NCBI GenBank assembly: GCA_964016885.1
Contig: OZ024742.1
Location: forward strand, 221,154,001-221,218,000
Length of the DNA: 64,000 nt
Direction of reading: 5' to 3'
DNA from: Eledone cirrhosa
Taxonomy: Eukaryota
Shown here piece by piece: positions 1-14,037 of this stretch. A program made the translations under genes and the position numbers. Under the pieces are notes generated by a model. That model was not told where the DNA came from. It searched no databases and saw nothing but the letters and a program-made list of their open reading frames with translations. How positions within the stretch are numbered: position 1 is the stretch's first letter; each line of letters opens with the position of its first letter.

Positions 1-15
1 TAAAACAATAGCATC

Positions 16-140
16 TTGAGTTCGAAGAATAAGTTACTCAACAATAAAATCGAAAGATCAATTTATTGTAACCATAGACTCAAAGAGAAGTTTTCGCACT
101 ACAAATCGAACGCTAACCTCTTACTACCAACTGACAAACT
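16..140 (+). mobile_element. possible 3' end of a Penelope-like element ORF (decayed)
   Basis: The peptide LLNNKIERSIYCNHRLKEKF resembles the LLNxxxE...CxH..K(F) tail after the GIY-YIG domain of Penelope-like elements. A pyrimidine-rich tract follows. Confidence 0.3.
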
Positions 141-836
141 GCATATACTTAGACTTTATACCCTCTTGTTGTATCTAAACCCTTTTAATTACCCCCAAAA
201 CCAATACCTATATCCCCCTCTTCTTCCTCATTCCTCTTCTATTTCTTCGTTTTCTTCCTTCCTTCCCTCCCCTTCTTGACTATCTTTTCTTTTCTTCTTT
301 CTCACCCCCTTCTTTGCTTTTATTTTTGTCATTATTATCTTTATCTTTATTTTTTATATATATATATATTTATCTCTTTATATCTCCCCCCCCCCCCCCT
401 CTCTCCCTCTCTATCCATCCCTCCCACTATGATAAATTTAATTCTCTTTAACTCACTACATTCCACGACATGAAGTCTGCTATCAAAACTGACCAAGGAA
501 TCCTTCCACCTCTACCCCTCCCTCCATCTCAGTTTGTCACTCTACTTCCTACCTCTTCCCCCTTCCTCTCTCTCTCTATACTATTCTGTCTGTCCCCTCA
601 CCTCCTGATTCCTCTCTCTATATACTAGTAAATACAATTCCAAATAAATGTTTTTCTCTATATATTAAGAATTATTTCAAGAGTAACTTACTCAAATTTT
701 GAAAATTTGGACTGTGAACAACAATTATAATTGAGTGGCTGCTATTTGCAGTATAGCAATATAAGGTTGCACTTACCAATGAAACGGTCGTAAATACCTG
801 GATAAAATCCTTCTCTTAATGCTTACCTGTGTTTTC

Positions 837-1658
<822 letters not shown>

Positions 1659-1735
1659 ATAAATTAACGGAGCCATAGGCCCTCGCCATTCCCTGTAAAT
1701 AATGTGCTCAAAGGAGAAGAAATCCTGAGCTCTTT

Positions 1736-2135
1736 AAAATACAATATGTTGAAAAGGTAACACACCAGAGAGAGATATACAGTGCGCTATCAATAAAACA
1801 GGGAAAAAAACCACCAGTGTAAGGCAGACTATAGACACGATAATTAAAAATATAAATTAAAGCGTAAATAAATACCTCTATAACTATATAACACACGTAC
1901 AAATCCAAAGAGATGTTTCGCCAGTAATTTGTTAACAGAAATGGAATAACCTCGGTTCATCAGCGTGTGTAAGGCTATACATTTCAGACAACACTAAGAG
2001 AATTTTAAAAGTGACTGTCCAGCTACACGTGGGAGAGAGAAGTCACAGGGTGTTTAAGGGCAGTGAACCTGTTTTATTGATAGCGCACTGTATATCTCTC
2101 TCTCGTGTGTTACCTTTTCAACATATTGTATTTTA
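1736..2135. mobile_element. about 67-bp inverted repeats enclosing a hammerhead-like motif (Penelope-type remnant)
   Basis: 1736-1802 (AAAATACAATATGTTGAAAAGG...TCAATAAAACAGG) recurs as its reverse complement at about 2068-2135. Confidence 0.6.
1891..1970 (-). ncRNA. type I hammerhead ribozyme-like motif (probably decayed)
   Basis: Minus strand reads ACACACG-CTGATGA-(imperfect stem II)-CGAAA-CATCTC...GTA-CGTGTGT. Stem I is 7 bp and the triplet is GUA, but 10.1/11.1 is an A.C mismatch. Confidence 0.55.
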
Positions 2136-3874
2136 TATATATATATATATATATACTTGATTATCTATCTATATATATATATAGTGTTAGAAAGTAAGGT
2201 GACACAAACAAGAGAAGGACAGTTGTCTACTACAGGTCACAGATGTTTCAGCACATTATAGACAATACATCTATCCATTGTGCGCCCATAGCCTTTTATC
2301 TATCAAAAAGCCATGAGGGAGAGAAGCAATAGCGAAGAGAGAGAAAGAAAGAAAAAAGAAAAAAAGGAGAGAAAAAAGGCGAAAACATACCAATAGAAGG
2401 GGGACAATGGCACATGTAAGTAAGTAACCGAGAAGAAATAAGACCAAGTTAAAAAAAGTCGTTGGGTTTAAGCCGAGGGCCCATATTAACAGAGGAGCAA
2501 AGTAAACACGTCTATTCTCAGTGAAAGCGAACGCAGAGAGAGAGAAAGACAGAGGAACCGGAAGTGAGTGGGACATAGAAGGCAGAGGGGGTTAGTAAGA
2601 GGGATAGGGAGAGAGAGAGAGGGGGAGGAAGAGGGAAAGGGAATTAATCCAAAGGGGTGGCATGACCAACCAGGACCAACAAACAAGCCTTCATCACAAA
2701 CTAGTCCTTTATCACAAGATAGAGTTAGAAATAGAAGATAAATAGAAAGTAAAGTGTGATGAAAGGAAGAAACGGAAAAAATGAGAAAAAATAATTGGGG
2801 AAAAAAAAACATGTGCGTATTCATGTGCCATCCAGCCACAGAAAATTAAGCTGAAACATATGAATAAGACATCACCTCACCTGTCTAGCTTCATGATGTG
2901 GCAGCCTGTTTAACCCATACAAGCATGGAAAATAGATGTTAAATGGTAATGATGAACACTTTAAAATGAACAGTTTTGTATCGTAGAATCAAAGTAGATG
3001 AAGATTGTGTAAAAACCCATCAGATTGACTGTTCCTGTAATTCAAAAGGTCAGTCTTGTCATACACTGTGTCACATTGAATCTTGGGTACGTGTTAATGG
3101 AATCAATGCCTATGAGAGGGGGGGGGGGATCCAGTCAGTACTAAGAAGACCCCACAGCAACCATGCAACATCCATTTTGAGAAACATCTTTCCCTGCTTC
3201 GGGCTCCAAAGGGGTCTTATAACGCCTTGCAAAATTTCTCTTGGAGGCCCTGAATAGAATGCTTAGTCACTTAGACATTAGTTTACAAGCAGGCTTTCAA
3301 ACAACTGGAACAGTTATCATAGAAAGTGATGGAGGTCCATTCCATTTTATTATGATACCCAATTTGAATTTAAGTGGAGAAGAGATGATCAGGAGGGTCA
3401 ATTTTGCCGTTTATTCTTTTAAGGATCAATAAAATAAAGTACCAGTTGAGGGTGGTGAATTGGTGGAGTTGTCAGAGCATTGGACATGATCTCTTACAGT
3501 ATCCATCCCAGCACTTTGTGTTTTGAGTTCAAATTCTGCCAAAAGATTCGAATGTATGATATGTTTTTTTTAATTGGTTGGTCTGGAGGAAGGAGTAGTG
3601 CCCATGCCCTTTACAGGTCAATCTAGATCAGAGAGATGTTTGAAAGAAAGGGCAGTGCTTCAAGACTAGTAAGCCTCAAGGAGCAGAGACCATTATAGTA
3701 ACAGTAGAATAGACAGGGGAAGGTGACAGCACATCTGTGGGCCAGAGACTGGAGAGTGTCTATGAGGACGAGTGTAATAAGAGTAGAAGAGAATATATTT
3801 CATCAGTGCCCCTACTGTAAAGTTGATTAAATATCATACATTGAAATTAAAATTTGAAGGGTATGCATCATTAT

Positions 3875-4370
3875 AATAATTGTTTCTACTTTTGGCACAA
3901 GGCCAGCAATTATCACAGTGTATTACTGGTACTTTATTTTATCGACCCTGTAAGGATGAAAGGCAAAGTTAACCTCATTATAATAATAGTCGATCACTCT
4001 AAGTAGTAACTAAATGGTGAATTGGCAGAGTCATAAAAACGTTAGATAGAATGTTTTGTGGTATTCATTTCAGCTCTTTACTCTCTGAGTTCAAATCTCG
4101 CCGAGGTCAACTTTGCCTTTCATCCATTCAAGGCCGATAAAAAAAAGTACCAGTCAAGTACTGGGATTGGCAGTATCAGTAGAGCGTAGGACAATATGCT
4201 TCGCAGAGTTATGACTCTTTGCATTTTGATTTTAAATCCTGCCGAATTTAGCTTTGCCCTTCATCCTTACAGGCTTGATAAAATAAAGTACCTGTAATGC
4301 ACTGGAGTTGATTTAATCGACTTTCTCCTCTCCCCAAATTGCTGGTCTTGATCCTATAGTAGAAATCATT
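3875..4370. mobile_element. cluster of tRNA-derived SINE fragments
   Basis: Recurrent motifs GAGTTCAAAT...CTTTGCCTTTCATCC...ATAAAATAAAGTACCAG in both orientations. The same family recurs at about 11300, 26075, 26755, 27240 and 30660. Confidence 0.7.
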
Positions 4371-5024
4371 ATATAACTAAAAGTGAGAGCAACTAATTTA
4401 TATTTTTGCCTTTTTTCTTCTTTGCTAGCTCTTACCTTCCATGGCCCTTTCCCCTACTGCTCCTTTGCCTTCTATGACCCCTTCAACCCCACTATTTTCT
4501 GTGACCCATACGGCCTATTAGTTTCCTATGCTCCTCATGAACCTCCCTGTATCCCTGGTGGGATAGTGCCCACTTTGGGAATCATTAATCTAAAAGAAAC
4601 TATTCAAATATTGCTTTATAAAAGAAAACATTCCTAGATTTTCAGGCAACAAGGTATTTTTAGAAATCCCTTATTACCTCTGACTTGCCTAGCAGTTAGT
4701 AATTATTTTAGTATTATTAGCACACCAGTCTAAAAGTGTTACAAGGTGTGTGAATCACGTGTTGACTTCATTGGAAGCGAATGTATTATTTTATTCTTTA
4801 ATTTGTTACCAATTATTAGACTGTGGCTATGCTGTTTAACAGCTGAAATGTGTGTAGTCATGTTACAATCTCATTTCAATTTAATATTATTCAAAAGCTA
4901 TGTAACATAGATCAATTGAATTTATTCAGACTTGTGACACCGAAGCTATATAACATATCTGCAACCTCATTTCAGTTTAATTTATTCATACTTGTGACAC
5001 TGAAGCTTTGCGTCGACGTTGTCA

Positions 5025-5200
5025 TCATTCATCATCAGCATCATTTAACGTCCATTTTCCACGCTTGCATGGGTAGGACGCGCTGTCCCTTTGTGAAAGA
5101 TCAGGTCAGGGACTGTGATTTTCTCACACAGAACTGATTTTGGCTTGGTTTGCATGGCTGGATGCCCTTCCTAATGCCAACCAGATGTACAGTGTAGATT
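5025..5200 (-). mobile_element. 3' part of a SINE-like element with an (ATG)n tail that seeds the 48-bp array
   Basis: CATCAT-TTAACGTCCATTTTCCACGCTTGC...GGCTGGATGCCCTTCCTAATGCCAACC, homologous to 20230-20470 and, inverted, to 24370-24518. Confidence 0.7.
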
Positions 5201-8200
5201 GGGTGCTTTTTGTCGTGACACCTACATGACCACTTTACAGTGTGGGTTGGGTGCTTTTTGTCGTGACACCTACATGACCACTTTACAGTGTGGGTTGGGT
5301 GCTTTTTGTTGTGACACCTACACAACCACTTCACAGTGTGGACTGGGTGCTTTTTGTCGTGGCACCTACATGACCATTTTACAGTGTGGACTGGTTGCTT
5401 TTTTGTCGTGACACCTGTATAACCACTTTACAGTGGGGACTGGGTGCTTTTTGTCGTGACACCTACATGACCACTTTACAGTGGGGACTGGATGCTTTTT
5501 GTCGTGACACCTACATGACCATTTTACAGTGTGGACTGGGTGCTTTTTGTCGTGACACCTACATGACCACTTTACAGTGGGGACTGGATGCTTTTTGTCG
5601 TGACACCTACATGACCACTTTACAGTGTGGACTGGGTGCTTTTTGTCGTGACACCTACATGACCACCATACAGTGTGGACTGGGTACTTTTTGTCGTGAC
5701 ACCTACATGACCACTTTACAGTGTGGACTGGGTGCTTTTTGTCGTGACACCTACATGACCATTTTACAGTGTGGACTGGGTGCTTTTTCTTGTGACACCT
5801 GTATAACCACTTTACAGTGTGGACTGGGTGCTTTTTGTCATGACACCTACACAACCACTTCACAGTGTGGATTGGGTGCTTTTTGTCATGACACCTACAT
5901 GACCATTTTACAGTGTGGACTGGGTGCTTTTTCTTGTGACATCTGTATAACCACTTTACAGTGTGGACTGGGTGCTTTTTGTCATGACACCTACACAACC
6001 ACTTCACAGTGTGGATTGGGTGCTTTTTATCGTGACACCTACATGACCACTTTACAGTGTGGACTGGGTGCTCTTTCTTGTGACACCTACATGACCACAT
6101 TACAGTGTGGATTGGGTGCTTTTTGTCAAGACACCTACACAACCGCTTCACAGTGTGAACAGGGTGCTTTTTGTCATGACACCTACATGACCACTTTACA
6201 GTGTGGACTGGGTGCTTTTTGTCGTGACACCTACATGACCATTTTACAGTGTGGACTGGGTGCTTTTTCTTGTGACACCTACATGACCACTTTACAGTGT
6301 GGACTGGGTGCTTTTTGTCGTGACACCTACACAACCACTTCACAGTGGGGACTGGGTGCTTTTTGTCATGACACCTACATGACCACTTTACAGTGTGGAC
6401 TGGGTGCTTTTTGTCATGACACCTACATGACCATTTTACAGTGTGGACTGGGTGCTTTTTTGTCGTGACACCTGTATAACCACTTTACAGTGGGGACTGG
6501 GTGCTTTTTGTCGTGACACCTACATGATCACTTTACAGTGTGGACTGGGTACTTTTTGTCATGACACCTACATGACCACTTTACAGTGTGGACTGGGTGC
6601 TTTTTGTCGTGACACCTACATGACCATTTTACAGTGTGGACTGGGTGCTTTTTGTCGTGACACCTACATGACCACTTTACAGTGTGGACTGGGTATTTTT
6701 TGTCGTGACACCTACATCACCACTTTACAGTGTGGACTGGGTGCTTTTTGTCGTGACACCTACATGACCACATTACAGTGTGGACTGGGTGCTTTTTGTT
6801 GTGACACCTACATGACCATTTTACAGTGTGGACTGGGTGCTTTTTCTTGTGACACCTGTATAACCACTTTACAGTGTGGACAGGGTGCTTTTTGTCAGGA
6901 CACCTACACAACCACTTCACAGTGTGGACTGGGTGCTTTTTGTCATGACACCTACATGACCACTTTACAGTGTGGACTGGGTGCTTTTGTCGTGACACCT
7001 ACATGACCATTTTACAGTGTGGACTGGGTGCTTTTTCTTGTGACACCTGTATGACCACTTTACAGTGTGGACTGGGTGCTTTTTGTCATGACACCTACAC
7101 AACCACTTCACAGTGTGGATTGGGTGCCTTTTATTGTGACACCTACATGACCACTTTACAGTGTACTGGATGCTTTTTGTCGTGACACCAACATGAACAC
7201 TTTACAGTGTGGACTGGGTGCTTTTTGTCATGACACCTACACAACCACTTCACAGTGTGGATTGGGTGCTTTTTATCGTGACACCTATATGACCACTTTA
7301 CAGTGTGGACTGGATGCTTTTTGTCGTGACACCAACATGAACACTTTACAGTGTGGACTGGGTGCTTTTTGTCATGACACCTACACAACCACTTCACAGT
7401 GTGGACTGGGTGCTTTTTATCGTGACACCTACATGACCACTTTACAGTGTGGATTGGGTGCTTTTTGTCGTGACATCTACATGACCACTTTACAGTGTGG
7501 ACTGGATGCTTTTTGTCATGACACCTACATGAACACTTTACAGTGTGTACTGGGTGCTCTTTCTTGTGACACCTACATGACCACATTACAGTGTGGACTG
7601 GGTGCTTTTTGTCATGACACCTACACAACCACTTCACAGTGTGGACTGGGTGCTTTTTATCGTGACACCTACATGACCACTTTACAGTGTGGATTGGGTG
7701 CTTTTTGTCGTGACATCTACATGACCACTTTACAGTGTGGACTGGATGCTTTTTGTCATGACACCTACATGACCACTTTACAGTGTGTACTGGGTGCTCT
7801 TTCTTGTGACACCTACATGACCACTTTACAGTGTGGACTGGATGCTTTTTGTCATGACACCTACATGAACACTTTACAGTGTGGATTGGGTGCTTTTTGT
7901 CGTGACATCTACATGACCACTTTACAGTGTGGACGAGGTGCTTTTTGTTGTGAACCTACATGACCACTTTACAGTGTGGACTGGGTGCCTTTTATCGTGA
8001 CACCTGTATAACCACTTTACAGTGTGGACTGGGTGCTTTTTGTCGTGACACCTACACAACCACTTCACAGTGTGGATTGGGTGCTTTTTATCATGACACC
8101 TACACGACCACTTTACAGTGTGGATTGGGTGCTTTTTATCGTGACACCTACATGACCACTTTACAGTGTGGATTGGGTGCTTTTTGTCGTGACATCTACA

Positions 8201-9270
8201 TGACCACTTTACAGTGTGGACTGGATGCTTTTTGTCATGACACCTACATGAACACTTTACAGTGTGTACTGGGTGCTCTTTCTTGTGACACCTACATGAC
8301 CACATTACAGTGTGGACTGGGTGCTTTTTGTCATGACACCTACACAACCACTTCACAGTGTGGACTGGGTGCTTTTTATCGTGACACCTACATGACCACT
8401 TTACAGTGTGGATTGGGTGCTTTTTGTCGTGACATCTACATGACCACTTTACAGTGTGGACTGGATGCTTTTTGTCATGACACCTACATGACCACTTTAC
8501 AGTGTGTACTGGGTGCTCTTTCTTGTGACACCTACATGACCACTTTACAGTGTGGACTGGATGCTTTTTGTCATGACACCTACATGAACACTTTACAGTG
8601 TGGATTGGGTGCTTTTTGTCGTGACATCTACATGACCACTTTACAGTGTGGACGAGGTGCTTTTTGTTGTGAACCTACATGACCACTTTACAGTGTGGAC
8701 TGGGTGCCTTTTATCGTGACACCTGTATAATCACTTTACAGTGTGGACTGGGTGCTTTTTGTCATGACACCTACACAACCACTTCACAGTGTGGATTGGG
8801 TGCTTTTTATCATGACACCTACATGACCACTTTACAGTGTGGATTGGGTGCTTTTTATCGTGACACCTACATGACCATTTTACAGTGTGGACTGGGTGCT
8901 TTTTCTTGTGACACCTACATGACTACTTTACAGTGTGGACTAGATGCTTTTTGTCGTGACACCTACATGATCACGTTACAGTGTGGACGAGGTGCTTTTT
9001 GTTGTGACACCTACATGACCACTTTACAGTGTGGACTGGGTGCTTTTTGTTGTGACACCTACGTCACCACTTTACAGTGTGGACTGGGTGCTTTTTGTTG
9101 TGACACCTACGTCACCACTTTACAGTGTGGACTGGGTGCTTTTTGTTGTGACACCTACATGACCACTTTACAGTGTGGACTGGGTGCTTTTTGTCCTGAC
9201 ACCTACACGACCACTATGCAGTGTGGACTGGGTACCTTTTGTCGTGACACCTACACGACCACTTTACAGT
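5190..9270. repeat. 48-bp minisatellite array (about 85 copies)
   Basis: Unit GTGTGGACTGGGTGCTTTTTGTCGTGACACCTACATGACCACTTTACA, with higher-order periods of 240 and 719 bp visible. Confidence 0.97.
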
Positions 9271-9382
9271 GAGTTGTGACACCAAAGCTATGTAACATAT
9301 CTACAACTTCATTTCAGTTTAATTTATTTATACTTGTGACACAGAAGCTATATAACATGTCTGTAACCTTATGTCAATTTAA

Positions 9383-9590
9383 CCCTTTAGCATTTAAACC
9401 AGCCATATCCAACCAGAATTTTCTCATCTATTTTTGTCCAAACTGCCTGTAAGTGGTCACTCATACTGATGTTAAGGTTTTGTTCTCAAAATAAATAACA
9501 TCAAAATCTCATAGATTCAATATTATATGAGAAAAAGCCTTTATCATGAAAATACAATAGTATATATAGAGTAATGTAAATGCTAAAGGG
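9383..9590. mobile_element. piggyBac-like MITE
   Basis: TTAA|CCCTTTAGCATTTA ... TAAATGCTAAAGGG|TTAA, i.e. 14-bp TIRs with a TTAA target duplication. Confidence 0.75.
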
Positions 9591-9699
9591 TTAATATATT
9601 CACATTTGTGACACTGAAGCTATGTAACATATCTACAACCTCATTTCACATTAATATATTCATACTTGTGACTCTGTAGATGGTAATACTGATAATTAA

Positions 9700-9735
<36 letters not shown>

Positions 9736-10094
9736 TATCATCATTATCATTGTCATCATTATCACGGTCATCATTGTCATTATCATTGTCATCATTGTAG
9801 TCATCATCATTGTCATCATTGTAGTCATCATCATTGTCATCATTGTAGTCATCATCATTGTCATCATTATCACAGTCATCATCATCATCATCATCATTGT
9901 AACATATCTTCAATTATCAGGTCTAGGCTTTAAAGATAAACTGTCAACATTTTCCATGACCCCTCATTACAATTGCAATGATGACACCACTTCCTCACTT
10001 CTAATGGAGTAGACTTTCCATGGTGTTAAATTACAGCATGATGATGATGATGACACTGATAATGATGATGATGATGATGATGATGACACTGATA

Positions 10095-10131
<37 letters not shown>

Positions 10132-10187
10132 CGACGATGGCGATGACAATGACGATGATGATGATGAGGATGATGATGACACTGATA

Positions 10188-10233
<46 letters not shown>

Positions 10234-10259
10234 CAATGACGATGATGATGGCAATTATG

Positions 10260-10292
<33 letters not shown>

Positions 10293-10529
10293 TTAATTAT
10301 CAGTATTACCATCTACAGAGTCACAAGTATGAATATATTAATGTGAAATGAGGTTGTAGATATGTTACATAGCTTCGGTGTCACAAATGTGAATATATTA
10401 ACCCTTTAGCATTTACATTACTCTATATATACTATTGTATTTTCATGATAAAGGCTTTTTCTCATATAATATTGAATCTATGAGATTTTGATGTTATTTA
10501 TTTTGAGAACAAAACCTTAACATCAGTAT
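9463..10529. repeat. long inverted duplication with facing (CAT)n and (ATG)n tracts
   Basis: 9463 to about 9730 is the near-perfect reverse complement of about 10265-10529. The (CAT)n tract is at 9700-9897 and the (ATG)n tract at 10038-10292. Confidence 0.9.
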
Positions 10530-10585
10530 CCACTACCAGCCTCATCATCATCAACAGCAACAACAATTTAAGCCAATGACCTCTT

Positions 10586-10850
10586 TTCTAGATTCTCTTC
10601 ACATTTTCTACATAACAAGCTATTCTAGATTCTCTTCACATTTTCTACATAACAAGCTATTCTAGATTCTCTTCACATTTTCTACATAACAAGCTATTCT
10701 AGATTCTCTTCACATTTTCTACATAACAAGCTATTCTAGATTCTCTTCACATTTTCTACATAACAAGCTATTCTAGATTCTCTTCACATTTTCTACATAA
10801 CAAGCTATTCTAGATTCTCTTCACATTTTCTACATAACAAGCTATTCTAG
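10586..10850. repeat. 37-bp tandem repeat, 7 copies
   Basis: Unit TTCTAGATTCTCTTCACATTTTCTACATAACAAGCTA, perfect copies. Confidence 0.95.
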
Positions 10851-11299
10851 TTTCTTTGAACACAATTGCGTGATATAGATATTCATTATTATTTAACAAT
10901 CATCTTCCACATTAGCAAGGCTTGGACTATTTAATAAATCAGTGATGCATTAATAACGTTATGTTTTCATGATCTACTACACCAGAGAATATACCAATAG
11001 ATTTTTAGTCAACACTGTACTGTAGGGTCTCGAATAATTGCCACCCACTTTTAATGAAGTAGACTTCCCATGGTTTTAAATTACAGCATAATGATTGTCA
11101 TGACGGTGATGATGATGACAATGATGATGGCAATGACTACGATGTTGATGAAGGTGAAGGTGACAATGACTGCGATGGCAAACATACAGATCTGCCAACC
11201 TCTAAAAACCCAAATGAGGAGTAGCATGAAAAAAATGCCTCAAAACGGGGAGAAATGGGGCAAAATAGGGAGATTTTACATAATTGTTTCTACTATTGG

Positions 11300-11472
11300 C
11301 ACAAGGCCAGCAAATACCCAGTGCATTACTGGTACTTTATTTTATCGACCCCGTAAGGATGAAAGGCAAAGTTAATCTCGGCGGGATTTGAACTCAGAAT
11401 GGCAAGGGCCGTAACTCTATGCGTCAAATCATGGTGTCCAACCCTCTACCGATACTGCCAATTCACCGCCTA
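11300..11472 (-). mobile_element. tRNA-derived SINE
   Basis: Minus-strand head GGCGGTGAATTGGCAGTATCGGTAGAG (A box) ... GAGTTCAAATCC (B box), followed by the shared body. Confidence 0.75.
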
Positions 11473-11703
11473 AAGGAGATTTTACATAATGAAATTTTAC
11501 ACCACCTAGGGAGATTTTACATAATGAAAGCTATACATATTTTCACAAGATAAGACATCTCTCACCTTCCCCAAAGTGGGTGGGAGATGTCCCTGTCGGA
11601 CTAAGAGTTTGACAGGTCTGAACATATATCTCCTTTGTTCTGACCTACACCATCTTCTTTTTGTGTTGGACAGAACAAAGGAGGAACACAAAATATGAAA
11701 TCA

Positions 11704-11746
11704 GTCACTGAGGAGGTCACAGAATGTATGATGAAAGAGCTTTGAC
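11704..11746 (+). ncRNA. minimal hammerhead-like motif
   Basis: GTCA-CTGAGGA-GGTCACAGAATGTATGAT-GAAA-GAGC-TT-TGAC. Stem I is 4 bp, stem III is near-palindromic and stem II is imperfect. Confidence 0.45.
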
Positions 11747-11792
11747 AATATATAAACAACCATCCGGTTATTGAACTAACCAATCAGAAATT

Positions 11793-12687
11793 TATATATA
11801 TAAAACTGAGGATGTCTGTCTGTATGTGTGTGTGAGTTTGAATCCCTAAAACTCGAGAACCACCCAACCGACTGTTTTCAAACTTTACACATGTAATACT
11901 TATGTTTCAGGGAGAGTAAATTTTCAATGCCCTAGGGACTGCATTAGGCGATTTAGCGATCTCTCTCTATAATTCTTAGTCTTTCTCTTTTTAGATAGAT
12001 ACATACATAAAACGTTGCGCCCTTATAATATCTGTCTGTATGTCTGTATGTCTGCATTACGTTACTTCCCTGAGGATGTCTGTGTGTGTGTGTGTGTGTG
12101 TGTCTGTGAGTTTGAATCCCTAAAACTCGAGAAGTACTCAACCGACTTTTTTCAAACTTTACATGTGTATTACTTATGTTTCGGGGAGTGTTATGCACAT
12201 AAAAAATTCAACTTTTTGATCCCTTAGGGCCCGCATTAGTTGAAAAACAGCACTTTTTTAGGTTTTTAGGGGTTTTTTGAGTCATTACGCCAGACTGATT
12301 TCCTTGAAATTGTAACTATGTATTAGTCAGTCTCTTCTTCATACCGTGAGCAAAGAAAATCCAACTTTTTTATGGCCTAGGTCAAAAACTTCATTTTTTC
12401 AGCTTTTTAGGGCTTTTTTGAGGCGTTACGTCTAGCTGATTTTCCCGAAATTTTAAGGCATATTATGCACATAAAAAAAATTCATTTTCTTGATCCCCTG
12501 GGGCCCGCATTAGGTGAAAACCTGCATTTTTCCTGAAAGTGTGCGTTGAAGATTATCCAGCCATCAGAGTATTCGGTTTATTTTCTTTACATATTGTCCA
12601 CGCATGCAGTTTTTCCACGATTAGGTCTGTTGTAGGCCCGTGTTCCAAAATACCTTATCCCGTGCAACGCCGGGTACCACTACTAGT
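11793..12687 (+). mobile_element. non-autonomous Helitron-like element
   Basis: Begins TATATATAAAACTGAGGATGTCTGTCTG, has an internal duplication, and ends with a GC hairpin CCCGTGCAACGCCGGG followed by CTAG-T. Confidence 0.65.
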
Positions 12688-12894
12688 TTATAATAAATTG
12701 AAGTGAAACCCAACAGGTGCATGTGTTTTTATTGGCAGCATGACCCTCCCAAAGTATAACAATGTCTGTTTCAACGCACACTTTCAGATAAGAAATCTTG
12801 CAAAACAAATTCAAAAACGAAGTATATATATATTGTTATATTTTGGTATTTTGGGAGGGTCATACTGCCAATATATATATATATATATATATAT

Positions 12895-13233
<339 letters not shown>

Positions 13234-13872
13234 CGAACTACCGTCCTGGGCTCATTGATATCTTTTTCCGTGCGTGATTTGGCTCAGTTCAGCCAATCGC
13301 TACCAGCGTATGGAAATGTATCTCAACATCCGCCCAAAGGGAGATATTCCCGCTTCTTTCGAAAACTCTTTCTCTTTGCATCTAGATCCCGTCAAAGTAA
13401 CACCTATTTGTTTTTGCTTAACAAATATTCCAAAATGTAGCTACCGAACTTTACCGCGGCCGAGCTCCTTACTTAAGCCACCGGATCGCTTCTTTTTTTA
13501 CAGCATCTTAATTTCTCTATTCATTTCTTATAGCATGCCAGCTAAACCTTTGTAATCGGTTTGTAAATAAATTATATATTAAAACATTATAAAGTCGTAT
13601 GATGCTATTTCCCACGACATTGCTTTTAACTGCTTCAATGGTGACTTCTGTGATACAATACACAAACATTAACATTCTCAACACATACATATATATCATC
13701 TATTAACTTCTTCTAAAATACTATCTTCTAAATATATATATATATATGCAAAAGTTCTATTTAAATTGTTGGGATACAACAAGTAAATATTTTTATAACT
13801 GATATAAAGCACTCGACAAGTATTTGGAGTAGATATACGATATTAATAAATGGAAACTATATTTATAAAACC

Positions 13873-13948
13873 ATATTTATTTCATTATAGATATTTCAGG
13901 GATACCAAATTAAATTATGGTATGCCTTCATCAGACAAAATACAATAT
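13873..13948 (-). ncRNA. type I hammerhead ribozyme, mirror copy
   Basis: Reverse-complement copy in the left arm of the palindrome, with stem III loop TATCTA. Confidence 0.7.
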
Positions 13949-14037
13949 ATAACAGTTTTACAAATAAGCTTTGACGTACCCTTTTAAAATGCGACCATTA
14001 TTTAGGGTACGTCAAAGCTTATTTGTAAAACTGTTAT

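Noticed and set aside
5199-9272. Long Cys/His-rich ORFs on both strands (up to 360 aa) resembling metal-binding or zinc-finger repeats
   Set aside because: They are translations of a 48-bp (16-codon) minisatellite derived from a SINE, broken by frameshifts and without unique termini.
9641-10346. Poly-Asp, poly-Met, poly-Ile and poly-Ser ORFs
   Set aside because: These are (CAT)n and (ATG)n microsatellite translations.
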